From positions 75,082,001 through 75,146,000 of the forward strand of contig OX597816.1 of NCBI GenBank assembly GCA_951406725.2: a stretch of 64,000 bases of DNA, given 5' to 3'. The notes under the pieces were generated by a model. It was not told the DNA's origin, did no database searches, and was given only the letters and a program-made list of their open reading frames with translations. Made by a program: the position numbers and the translations under genes. The DNA comes from Octopus vulgaris (lineage: Eukaryota). Shown piece by piece: positions 25,101 through 39,100 of this stretch (positions are counted from its first letter, which is position 1; each line of letters begins with the position of its first letter).

Positions 25101-28100
25101 AGCCTTGCAAGTGGATTCAGTAGATAGAAACTGAAAGAAGACCATGTGTGCACGTTTGTGAGGGTTGAATAAAATAATGGAAACACCTTAAAATTTCAAA
25201 CAAATTTATTTTAATATTGGGTAGGACCACCTTTGGCACTAATCACAGCTTGAATTCTATGAGGTATGGACTCGTACAAAGTTTGAATTGTTTTCAAAGG
25301 AATTTTTGTCCATTCTTCTGCTAAAACAATCTCCAGTTCTTGTAGCGATGATGATGGAGGATATTGACACCTTACTTGTTTTTCTAAAATTCACCATAAA
25401 CGTTCAATAATAGTGAGATCTGTAGACTGTAGTGGCCAGAAAAGATGTTCAACTTCACTAGAATGTTCCTCATGCCATTCAGTAACAACTGAAAGATTGC
25501 GTTTCCCTCCTGAAACAGTTCCACAACCACAGGATGAATTTGATCAGATAAAATGCTTAAATAGTCTTGACTAATAATTCTGCCATGAAGGGAAACTATT
25601 GGGCCAGAGGATTTCCAAGATATAGCACCCACCAGATTATCACAGATCCTCCTCCATATTTAACAGTTGGAAGAATACAGTCTGGGTCAAATGCTTCTTT
25701 TGACTGTCTCCACATGTATACTCGACTGTTGGTCGAAATAAAGTAAAGGATGACTTGTCCAAGAAAATAACAATCTTCCACTGCTCTAGGGACCAATTCT
25801 GTAGGTTTTTACTCCACACTAAATGCTTTGTAACGTTTGTTTTTGTAAGTAGTGGTTTTCTGATTGCAGCCCTCTTGTGAAATCCGGCTTTGTACAGGAG
25901 GCGAACAATTTTTGTGGAAACTGAGTTCTCGAGGTGGTCATTAAGCTCTGCAGTAATTTTGGGGGTTGTACTTTTGTGATCCTTTCTAACAATTCGTGTA
26001 AGAGTCCAATGGTCCCTATCTGAAAGTTTGGGTTTTCTTCCGGGGTTTTGTTTTGACAAGGAGGTTTTTCCCTCTTTCTCAAAGGCTGTCATTACTTTCA
26101 AGACAGTACTTCTTGATACACCAAACATTTCAGAAGTACTGGTTTTCATTATGCTAGCGCCTACTATACGAGCACCAACAATTTGACCTCTTTGAAAGTC
26201 TGATAGATCTGATAATAAATTTAAAAAAAACATAAAAATGTCAAGCTTTTGACAGTTTATAGATATTTCAGAATTATGATGCTAGGTGTTTCCATAATTT
26301 TGTCCAACCCCTGTATGTATTTATGTACATGTATGCATGTGTGTGTGTGTGTGTGTGTGTATGTTAGAGTCTCCGTTGTATGATTTTTACCAGTTTTGTT
26401 TATCAGTATCTTACATAAGTCTTGTTTGTCCAATACCAGCATCATTTCCTCCTGATGAAGGCAAAACATCTGTTCTCCAGACAACAACATGCTACTTATT
26501 CACTAAACTACAGATACAACACATCCTGGTTGATTGGGTAACAATCCATTATTTTTATACTTCATATAAATTGCAATAAACAACTTAGTATATTGTACAA
26601 ATGAAAAACAAACAAACAAAACAATGAAAACACCAGCAATCTTAGAAAACTGCTGAAAAGTGTGGTAAATATAACCTTACTTTCTTCATCCTGTAATGGA
26701 TTGGGAAGATCTTTGAGAATTTCAAGAGCTTCGTCTGTTGTGCACTTGTTCTTAAGGGCCTCTTTTAGTTGATGAGCAACAACTGTACCAGGTAAAGATC
26801 CTTGAAAAGAAAACATTTTGAAGAAATAATGATATTTGCAAGATTTGGGAAAATATTTTTTAAAAACAGAATTGAATGTGTTGTGAAGAGAAATTGTCTG
26901 AAAGGAGTTGTTCTCTGTAGGCAAAATACAACAACAATTTGCACATTCACGTTTGAATTTACTGGAGCACCTAGAAAAGTTCTCCTCCGAGGCACAAATC
27001 CAGGCAAGGTTATTTATGGAAGACCAGTAGCTGCCCATGCATACCAGCCTCCCCTTTCCATGCCACCAATATTATTCACGGGAAAGGCAAAGGCCGATAC
27101 AGCTTGGCACCAGTGACATTGCAACTCATTTCTACAGCTGAGTGGACTGGAGCAGTGTGAAATAAAGCATCTTGCTCAAGAACATAACAGACACATTATT
27201 TCTTCAAAAGGTCTGGAAATCAAATTCACTATCTCATGATTGTTACAAATGAATGTCATTGTTTTGACTTTTGTTGTTCTCTTTGAATGTGACCACTGAT
27301 AATTGGTTTGGTGGACATCAGCAAATAATTTGTTAGCCGATTTTTATAAACAAAAGCCACAAGTCTTGTTCAGATTCATTGATCCAAGGGTAACTTTGAC
27401 TGAAGAGACACAACTAGGTCGAAACATTGCTGTCTCTCAAAGTCCCCTTACCTTAATGAATTGAATATGTTGAGAGCACACAATGTGTGACAGTAGTTGT
27501 TGTTCTCTGAAGATGAAATACAACAGTGATCAGTATATTCATATTCAAACTTACCAAAACCCATAAAGAATAGATATATACATCATTATTCTATCAAGGT
27601 TATATAAACCTACTAGCAATGATAAAAAGATAGCCTATTGATGCCATTCAAATTACATTACTTGCGACATAAGGATTTCTAACCTGGCACAAAGCCATAA
27701 AATTTTTTGTCATTTAATCAATTAAATTTGGCCTGGTGCCTATTTTAGAAGTGTTGGAAAGATAAGAAAATGGACCCTAGCAGGGACTTTAATTTATAAT
27801 GTAAAGGGATGTAATAAAGCATCTAGCTTTATGCTCTACAAGTTCTATAAACTACTAAATAATAATATAAAATGTAAATTAACTTACCAGACCCTTCTCG
27901 TTCATATTTATAATTAACAGAAGGCTTCATTGGAATTAGTGCTGTAAATTCGCTGGGCATAAAATCCTGGATCCTCTGATGATAAGACAAACTGAAGACA
28001 AAATAAAAAATAAATAAAAGATATTATCTCTTAATGAGCCATCATCATTTAACATCCATTTTCTATGCTGGCATGGTTGGACTCTCTGACAGGAGCTGAC

Positions 28101-31100
28101 AAACCAGAGGACGCAAAGCTCTATTGTCTGCTTCAGCATGGTTCCTGCAGCTAAATACTCTTCCTAAAGCCAACCATTTCACAGTGTATATTGAGTGATT
28201 CTTATGTGGTCCCAGCACCAGCAAGGTTACCAAGTAACTTGCAAGATAAAGACTCTTCAACTGAGAGCAGTATTGAGGGAGGTGGCTTTGTGCCAAGTGA
28301 TGAGAGCTTAACGTATGATAGGGGGACAGAAACGGGTGTCTTACTATAGAGGAGATACATGCATGATTACACCAGTTGAGAGAGAGAGAGAGAGAAAGAG
28401 AATACTGCAGTAAATTTTGCTTATTATGATGTATTTACATTAAGTATGATACACAGAAAGCGGTTCTAATCTAATACTGCTTCTGTTGCATGTAATGGGT
28501 TTTTATTCAGTTGAGCAGCTGTTAGAAACATCAGTTATGACAGATTTTGTCTTGACAGGGGGTCGGATGTGAATACATGCTGCTGACAATGTCCAACAAG
28601 GCAGAAATGTGCACCTGGCATTCTCACCAGCTGCTGCTAGGATGACTTTCATCTGTTTCTGATATATATTATGTTTCTATACACAGCACATCCATAAGAA
28701 ATATCCCCAGACAAATATCTCAGTAAATTTACTTTTTACAACATATTTACATTGAACTACACTACCTATGACCCACTGGATCACTGATGGTTCAGGTTAT
28801 AAAACATTGAGATCAGGAATCGGATGCTCGGAGAGCTGAGCATCTGGCGAAATGGAGGGATCACGTTGTTGGACTGTCCTTGCTCTATTCTGGTTTGTTG
28901 CCAAAGACGTTCAGCTCTCCTAGCATCCAATTCATGATCTCTCCTGCTTCTGTCACTTCCCCTCTGTTCCACCAGACGCTCATCACTCCGAGCATCCGAT
29001 TCATGATCTCTCCTGCTTCTGTCTCTTTCCCTCTGTTCCACCAGACATTATGAAGGTACCAAACAAAACCATGTATCTCAGGAACCCATGTCCAATTTAC
29101 GCCGAACTCATTTTATTCCATTTGTATTCTCATTTCAGCGTTATGTTACTTTCAGAGTATTTTCCTACTATGCACTGTTTTGGCTATTTATGAAGGTTCC
29201 CCCAAAATCGGCGTATCTCAGGAATTCATGGTCCAATTTACATGAAACTTATTTTATTCCGATTGTATTCACATTTCAAGGGTACCTTACTTTCAGAGTA
29301 TTTTGCCATTATGCACCTGTTTGGTTGTATTAAATTACAGACATGCAAGCAAGCAATCACAGAGTTTTGGTCGTAAATAGATATAACACATGGATGGCTA
29401 TTATAAAAAAGAAAAACAATTAAATAGTACTGCATCATGACCACAAGAACCAGCAAAAAAGGCTTTTAATATTTGTCACAGGATAGCAGTAATGGTGGAG
29501 AGTGATTGAGAAAACATTCCATTCAGCCTATGGATGGTTATATACAATAGGAATGATGAACTGAGAAGAAATGAGTCCATTATTTATAATGCAGTCTTTT
29601 TACACTTCTTTCATTTTTTAAATTAAGATAAACAAATTTCTTTTTAAATCTAAAATATACTCTCCTTCATTATCTATAATGTTCTGTCTGTGTCAAAAAA
29701 TACTCTTCCAGTACTGTTCTGACCACGTCTACAGAATTCATATTTTTTCTGTCCAAATGATTTTGAAGACTGCGGAATAAATGACGGGGCAATGACTGGT
29801 GAATATGGTAGGTGGGGCATCATTTCCTTTGGAATGCCATCCTCACTGTATGTGGCTGAGCATTATCCTGATGGAAGAACACCTTTAGTCTTGAAACTAA
29901 AGATGGTTGGATGGTCGTTTTCTGATGACACAAAGGTGTCGATGAATGGTTGAATGACCAAATCCAAGCTTCTCTCCTAGTTCTTCAACAGTTACAATGG
30001 GATTTTGTTCCACCAGGGTTTCCAGGACATCCTTGTCAAGCTCTCCAGGTCTTCCAGGATGAGGCTCGTCTCCTAGGCTGTAGTTTCTCGCTTGGAATTT
30101 CTGGAATCACTGTTAACACTGGCTTACACTTATTGTCCAATCTCCATATACAGTATTAATATTCCTTGCACTTTCCATTGCCTTTATTGAACTCCTAAAG
30201 CAAAATATACCAAATATGCTCTTTTGTCACTTCCATTATAGCTTTGAAAAAATAATGGTTAAAATCGAACTGCACTCTCCAAAACTTGCACTAAGAATAA
30301 GGACAAGGTAAAATAACTACCTGCTTTTATAGCAAGTTGATGCAGTTAGTTTAACCCGTCCCTTTCCGACTTTTAGTTCATGTAATTACAAAAACTGCAT
30401 TATTTATGGGATGACCCAATAGAATGAAGTACAGGTAGCATGTGGGTCATTAGTTAAGAAGAGAAGAAGCTGGTTGCAGTAGCATCATTATCATCACTTA
30501 ACGTCCACTTTCCATGCTGGCATGGGTGGGACAAACATGGAGAACAATGTGACCGACAGGCAGGCGCTGTAGTATGCTGTATTGTGATTTTTGTCAATCG
30601 GTTGCGTGTGGTTTAGAATGTTTGTGTGTGTGCAGTCATCATCATCATCATCTCCGTTGTTTTAATGCCTACATTTCCATGCCCGCATGTGGGATGGAAA
30701 ATGTTGTGGTGGATTTTCTACAGCTGGATGTCATTCTTGTCACCAACCCTTGTTTATATCTATGATGTGAAATCAAAGCAAAGAGGCTGTAATACATGCA
30801 CACAGACACACATATGTATGTGTGCATGTATATATATCATCATTTAGCATCCACTTTCAATGCTGACACGGGTTAGACAATTTGACTGGAACTGGTAAAC
30901 TGGAGAGCTGCACCACTGGTTTGACTTGGTTTCTAAGGCTGGATGTCCTTCCTAACGCCAACCACTTCACAAAATATATCGGATGCCTCCTAAATGACAC
31001 CAGCACAGGTGCCTTTTACACGTCACCATGACTACGATTCCACTTAGCTTGACATGTCTTCTCAAGCACAGCAACTTGCCAAAAGTCTCAGTCACTTGTC

Positions 31101-32161
31101 ATCATCTCAAGACTTCTGGCGATGGGCTTCCTTCAGTTTCCATCAAGGCAGCTACACCTGGGGATAATTACTATTCATTGTCAAAGATCAAGATAGACGG
31201 AGACCTTTTGTTGGCACCTTATGCTCCACAACAAAGAAGAGGAAGAAGAGACATAAAGAAGTTTTTCTTTTCATTTTTCTTTTAATACTCAACCTCATTG
31301 ATGCTTTAGCATTCAGATTATTCTGTTTAATGTAATGCTTCTTTATTTGCACTGTTTTGAATTACCTAGGCATTATCTCATAGCTCTGAGATTTCAATGA
31401 TGTGCTTGTTTATTTTTAGAATGACATTGTAAGGTAGGTGTGAGGCTGAACACGGCCAGTCTCAACATAAAACTGGCAAAATATTTGGGCTGATTTTAAA
31501 ACTAAAAGGGTTAAAGGTTTGATCAAGAAACTATTTTGGCTCAGAATTAAGAGAGTTATTGATACTCACCGAAGACATCTCAATAAAGTCTCTTGGATGA
31601 ATTTAGGTTTGGGCATATCAATATCTTGTGATGCACAGGAGACCCAGTCATCCCAGCTCCAACAGAACTGGAAATTACTCAAATGATAGGCAAACCATTT
31701 TGAAACCCTACAAAGAATTTTCAATGGATAAGGTTAAAGAGAAGGCAAAAATCAGACTGGCAGACTAGCTTATGGGTTTAAAGTGGTGAATTATTGATCA
31801 ACAAGACTAGTAGCTTAAATTTTACATCAACTGCGTTGCACCACTAGACAACATACATTTTTACAGAGACACACACACAAATATATATTTAAAGATACTG
31901 TGGAACACAAATGAAATAAGATGCAAGATTGCATAATGTTTCTACAACTATTATGTAATTATTACAGCATTTTAATGAAACATGCATATGTTTCATAAAG
32001 CATTGAACACCATACCTGTTTTCTGCATGTTATTTTATATATGCATGTGCGTAAAGAGAGCTACAACTTTGCTTACTAAACACTGTTTAGCCTTACTGTG
32101 AAAAGGGAGCCCAAAATGAAACTACAGGGCTCTTAAGAGTAGATCAACTAGTTATATATAA

Positions 32162-32201
<40 letters not shown>

Positions 32202-35200
32202 TATATATATATAAGCTGGTGTTGAAAATTTCCTGACTTTGGATAAAAGAAAATACAGGAGGATCAATTAATTATGACTTTATTTAACATATTACCCTCT
32301 CAGATTCACACACTTATTGCAGCGGTCCTTCAGTTTTTCTAAGCCCTGTAAAAGAACATGGAAAGTTGGACCTCCAACCAGGCCTTTTGTGATACTCTTA
32401 AAGCCAAGAACTTTTCAGCACCTCCTTGTACATACATACACACATACACATATGTACATACAACATATATATATACACACATACACACAACAGATATATA
32501 TTTTCAAAAACAACCATCAATATTTTCTCTAATCAAGTGACAGAAACAACTCCATAGAAACTCAATCTGTCTAAATCAGCAGTGAAATGTCCCTCATGAA
32601 AATTCCAAATATTCTTTATAATGAAGACCAAGTTTCAACATAAGAGTCTTATATTAACCCAAAATTCAGTAATGTAAATCAAATGCCATGTCTATATGGT
32701 ATGTAATCCCAGTGTAGCTATATCTGTATGGTAGCTCTGCCTATGATAGTAACATCTACCCAGGATAGCTGACCCTGCTTGATATACCAGCCCCTCTTCT
32801 CTGATCTAGTTAGAAGTACTTAAAACCAACAAAGGAGGACTTTATGAGACCAACTTCAATTATTGCTTGTTTCTTTTACTTCTTTTCACTTTTATTGCTT
32901 TTACTTGTTTCAGACAATTGACTGTGGCTATGCAGGGGCTTTGCCTTCAAGGGTTTTAGTTGGACATATCGACCTCAACACTTATTTTTAAGACTACTAA
33001 TCTTATTGGTCTCTCTTTTGCTAAATTGCTAAGTTACAGGGATGTAAACGAACTGACACAGGTTCCCAAGCAGTGGCGAGGAACAAACACAAACACACAA
33101 CAGGCTTCTTTCAGTTTCCATCTAACAAATCCAATCACAATGCTTTGGGTGGTCAAGAGCTATAGAGGAATACACTTGCCTAAGGTGCCATGCATTGGAT
33201 TGAACCCAAGACCACAAAGCAGAATCCATGAACCTTTACAGGACCTCTGAGACAGGTGAGAATGAAGGTATCCTCAAACTGGAGGCCTGGTTCAAATGCT
33301 TGTTTTAGAATGGCTAAAGGCACCACCCAAAGTTAGACAAATCCATATTATTGAAGCATTGTTTTTGTAGCTGGATGTTCATCCAGTCACTAACCCTTTT
33401 CTGTTTATCAAGTAAGGAAATTTTCATTCTACTTGTCTTTAAAAGTGCAGAACTACTGGATGACTTGTCGACATAGAATGACATTATTGTCCATAGCTTA
33501 GCGATATTTTGGAGAAACACAGGCATGGTTGTGTGGTAAGAAGCTTGTTTCCTAACCACATGGTTCCAGGCTCTCCCTTGGGCAGGTGTCTTCTACTACA
33601 ACTTCAGGCTGACTAAAGCCTTGTGAGTGGATTTGATAGACTGAAACTAAAAGAAGCCTGTCATATATATCATCATTGTCACTGTTTAACATCCATCTTC
33701 CATGATGGCATGGGTTGGATGGTTTGACTTCAGCCAGCTACGTAGGAGCCTGCACCAGGCTTCTTTGTCTGTTTTGGCAGCGTTTTTATGGCTGGATGCC
33801 CTTCCTAACACCAACTACCCAGCAGAGTGTATATATTTATGTGTGTGTGTTTGTCTCCCCACCATTGCTTGATAACCAATGCTGGTGTGCTTATGTACCC
33901 ATAACTTAGTGGTTTGGCAAAAGACCCCAATAGAATAAGTACTTGGCTTACAAAGAATAAATCTCTGGGTTGATTTCTTCAACTAAAACCCTTTAAGGCA
34001 GTGCTTCCACATGGCCACAGTCAAATGACTGAAAAGAATAAAAGAATTCACACAAACATATCTATACAACAGGCTTTGTACAGTTTCTGTCTACCAAATT
34101 CACCATCAAAACACTGGTTGGCCTGGGCAGGGCCATAACTGCAGATACTTGCCCAAAGTGCAATTCAATGGGACTCAACCTTAAACTACATGGCTGTGAA
34201 GTAAACGTTTTCAACCACACAGCCATGCTTGTCCCTATACATCCCTGCAAATTAAATCTTCAACTGCAACTTATTTCCAGATATGTCAAAACATGTATTA
34301 CCTTACAATAGAGGAGGTTTTCATAGACTCTATTCTGTCAAAAATCATCTCTGTTGCTTGAGCCAACTGTACAAGAGTTAAGGCAAACAATGACAACATA
34401 TATTTCAGATAGTATTGTATCAAGATATATAAAGCAAGATATAAGAGCATGAAGATGAAGACAATAACGAAGATGGTTTTAATGAGCTACAATTTGTGAT
34501 ATTAGTCAAGAGAATATGGCAGTGAGCTGGCAGAATCGTTAGCACGCCGGGCAAAATACTTAGTGGCATTTTGACTGTCTTTACATTCTGAGTTCAAATT
34601 CCACTGAGGTCAACTTTACCATTCATCCTTTCGGGGTTAATAAAAAAAGTATCAGTTGAACACTGGGGAGGGGGTGTGTGTGTCAATGTAACTGACTTAC
34701 CTCCTCCACCACACTCATTAGTTTTGAGCCAAAATTTGAAACTGATATTAGCCAATAGAGTACAACTCCTAAGAACACTTGACTGCTCTTAAAAAACATT
34801 TGATCCTTTACCTGTCACCTTTTAATTACAATGGCTATGAAAGGTGGTGATAGCAGAGTACCCAGAGACCAAAAAGAGGCCACAAATTAAACTGGCTGTA
34901 TATGTAGGGTATGCAAATTTTGATTACCTAAAGTACAAAAACCAAACATATGTAGGTAGCATAAAACTGTGCTCCCAACTTTTTTTTGCAGTACAGATTG
35001 GTTTTGTGCAAGCCAATTTTTATATGGACCAAGGGATCACATGCATAACAAAAAAAAAAAAAAAAAGTGCATGATATATTAATTAATTATAACTTATATA
35101 ATCCTTTCTTACTTTGACATAAGGCCAACAATTTTGAGGAGTGGGGGAAGTCAATGCTCAAATGGTATTCATTTTATCAGTCTCAAAAATATGAAAGGCT

Positions 35201-36062
35201 AAGTTGACCATGTCAGAATTTGAACTCAAATGTAAAGACATGAAATACTGCTGAGCACTTCTGCAAGCTCACCACCATGATTATTATATAATGCAAAAAC
35301 ACCCTGTAGACTGTGACAATAAAATAGAAATGATACCGTGACCGACCAGGCTATCAGATGTTGCTACACATCGTTGGTCACAATGCACTTCGCATTGTTT
35401 TAGCCTTCAAATGATGCCACTCCGCTGGCTGAGCGAGCAGGCCAACCGAAGAAAGAGTGAGAGAAAGTTGTGGTGAAAGAGTACAGCAGGGATCGCCACC
35501 ACCCCCTGCTGGAGCCTTATGGAGCTGTTTTTTGTTTTTGTTTTTAGGTGTTTTCGCTCAAGAAACACTCACAACGCCTGGTCTGGGAATCAAAACCGCG
35601 ATCCTACGACTGCAAATCCGCTGCCCTAACCATTGGGCCTCCATAAAATTCTAAAATTTATTCTTTTTTGTGTGGCCGGTTACTGGTTCACAGTCTGGAT
35701 TGGTTGGGATCCCCTGGTGTAAAGCACAGAACTGTACAGTCCAATACGGATGGCATTTTTCAATTTTCATACTAAAAACTGTTATCCAGAACTGAAGTTT
35801 GCAAGTGTTTGATTGTTCTGAATAGTATCAGTTACACGACCATGAAGGAAGATTTAGCATTATTCCCCATGTTGATAGACAAAGAAGTAACACAAGATTA
35901 GCTAGAACAATCAAGTGCAAAAATAGGATGGTTGTGGTTACTTTGATTCCTACTAAGACAACATTACTTATCACAGAGGTTGCTTGGGACTCTCAGCTTT
36001 AATTGATTGCAAGACAATAATGTCTTTTAAGAATGCATCAAAATCTTGTTGTTTAGATCTAC

Positions 36063-36109
<47 letters not shown>

Positions 36110-39100
36110 TGATCCCTTATCTGTTGGTCAATGCAGAAACTAGGGATAGATGGGTGGTTGGTGAGAGCTGTACAAGCCATGTACAGGAACACTGTCAGTA
36201 AGGTGAGGGTTGGCAACAAGTATAGCGAAGAATTCCAGGTAGGGGACCGCCAAGGATCAGTCCTCAGCCCCCTCTTATTCATCATAGTCCTCCAGGCAAT
36301 AAAAGAGGAATTCAAGACAAGATGTCCCTGGGAGCTCCTCTATGTTGATGATCTTGGTCTTACAGCTGAGTCACTATCAGAACTAGAAGTTTCAGGTGTG
36401 GAAGTAACGTCTAGAATCAAAGAACCTTAAAGTCAATCTAGCAAAAGCCAAAGTCTTAGTAAGTAGGAAGGTAGACAAATCCCTTCAGGTAGATGGCCCT
36501 GCTTGATCTGTAGAAAAGGTGTAGGTAGAAACTCCGGAAGATGCACTCAGTGTAAGCTATGGACACATAAGAGGTGCAGCAATATCAAAGGAAGGCTAAC
36601 TAGGAAGATAGTATGTGTGCGAACAGTCATGCTACACAGTAGTGAAACGTGCTGTGACTGCAGAGGATATGCGTAGGCTTGAAAGAAATGAAGCTAGTAT
36701 GCTCCGCTGGATGTGTAATGTCACAGAGGCAATGACAAGCCAAGTGAGATCATAGATATGGCCAATGCCAGTGTTATATAACCAGCCCATTTAAAAGTAC
36801 CTTTCAATCAGGCAATATGCTGTGCTTGAGAAGGCCTGTTGAGCCAAGTGGTGGCTGATGCCAGTGCTGCTGACTGGCACCCATGCCGGTGGCACATAAG
36901 AAGCACCACTTGAGCATGGCTGGTGGCATGTAAAAAGCACCATTTGAGTGTGGTCAATACCAGAGCCACCTGACTGATTCCCGTGCCATTGGCACATAAA
37001 AAGCACCATTCAATCATGATTGATGCCAATGCAGCCTGACTGGCCCTTGTGCCAGGGGCACGTAAAAAGCAAGCACCCACTACACTCTTGGAGTGGTTGG
37101 CATTAGGAAGGGCATCCAACTTTAGAAACCTTGCCAGATCAGATTGAACCCTAGTGCAGCTTCCTGGCTTGCCAGTCCTCAATCAAACTGTCCAACCCAT
37201 GCCAGCATGGAAAGTGGACATTAAACAATGATAGATTTCAGAAAGTATTATTCAAAACTAGCGCAATATACAGGCATGAGGACAAAGACAAAAAGAAAGA
37301 TGCATATATAATATGATCTAAAGTGCACTTGTTGCAACCATGTCCCCACCCCAGTCTTTCTATATTTAGAACAACACTACACAATGTGTAGCTCCTTTTT
37401 AAGACAGCAGCTTCTTTTTTTATTACCTTGAACAACTGTATAGAGGAAGATCTCTCTTAAGTTTGACAAGAAGAACTAAATTAACTGACCCCTATAGCAG
37501 TAATTCACAACCAGGGGACCACAAACCTCTGGGGATCCATAAAAGTAGTACTCAGCATCCCTGAGTTAAAAGATCTGTTGAGTAGGTAGAACTTTCAAAA
37601 AGCATAGGGTTTGTGGGAAAATTTAAAACAAAATTTCTTTGATTGTGAAAAGATTGGGAACCTTTACCTTAAAAAAAAAAGGGGGGGGGTGAATTGAGAG
37701 CACTTAATACTGTAACATAATGAATCTGATAATTTACTAGTTTTAGAAACTCTCTAGCTTCCTTGATTAAAAAATATCAAGCTAGTTCAGTAGGTCAGTT
37801 GTGTAACAACTTTCAAATATTCATCTACCATAAGTTCCTGCTGAGCTTGATATAAATATAGATAAGATCTTTAACATTGTAAATTGCACTTAACTACACT
37901 ATAAAGTTAGTAGTGTAAATTAAGGTTTAAATTTTTTCATCACTTCAAAGAAACAGACAGTAACAAAGTGAACAGAAGGAAGATGATTGGGTGTGGAGGA
38001 GTTTTCAATAAGGATACGACTTGTGGCATGGAGCTAGGTTGCAGCTTACAGAGCTCAATCAAAGTTGAGCCATAGAACAATTCCAAAAATGGTGCCCGTG
38101 GTAGATTCATGAGTTGAGCAAACATAACCTGCAAAAAAATTTTTTTAAATTTAAATTTGTACATCAGATTCAAAACTACTGTGCATAAATCAATTAAAGG
38201 AAGAGAAACAAGGATGTATAATCTTCTCAAGCCACACACACACACTATTTTTTATACATGTGGTCAATTTTCATAAAGCAAGGTGGAAAATATATGAATT
38301 AATAAAAGGAAAAATTAGTAAATATATTTAAATAAATTCAAATGTTGAAGTGAATCTAACGGTTTTTGTGTGTTTCTTAAATAGCTTACAAACACCTTCC
38401 ACGCTGCAATTATTTTCGTTCCAGTACACAATCTCAGATCAGGTCACATGCTATGCAAGTACATCTCCATAGTAAATATATATTTTAAATGTATGTGTGT
38501 GAAAGAGAAAATTTTGAAACAAGGTAAAATTATTTGAAAAACTCACCTCAACTATCATATAATTCAGAGGTATTTTATTCTTATTATGAAGACCAAGAAG
38601 CAATGTGGCACTGCAAATACATCAGACAGTTTAAAAATAAAGAGAAATATTTCACAAAGGAGAGGCCTTAGACCCCCCTTTTTGTCTTTGTCAGGTGAGG
38701 CAGTGCAGCACCTATGACTTTTTTCAAGGTATCTAAGACTGGTAATGGAAAAGGGAAGAAGAAATCATAAATACTTACTCTGAATACTCGCAACTCAGTA
38801 GATCTGTTTAACCCTTTAGCATTGAGACTGCCCTGTCAGGGGTAACCCTTATTTATTGCATTATTTTGAATTAATCATGAATTATCTTGAAACTTCAAAA
38901 TCTTGATGATGTCATCATCATCATTTAACATCCTCCTTCCATGCTGGCATGGGTTGGATGGTTTGAAAGGAGCGTCCATGATGACATCATCAAAATAATG
39001 TGAATAAATAAGCATTACATCTGACAGAGTAATCAGAATGCTAATTTTTAGAATGGCATTGTAGGGTAGGTATGAGATGCATGATCTGGCCATAAAACAA

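Noticed and set aside
26452-26470. CTGATGAAGGC as a hammerhead start
   Set aside because: No stem II partner or GAAA follows
27496-27527. CTGAAGA-T-GAAA as a second hammerhead forming a retrozyme pair
   Set aside because: Stem II is absent and the flanks do not repeat the first motif
29923-29945. CTGATGA followed by a hairpin
   Set aside because: No GAAA; lies in mariner coding remnant
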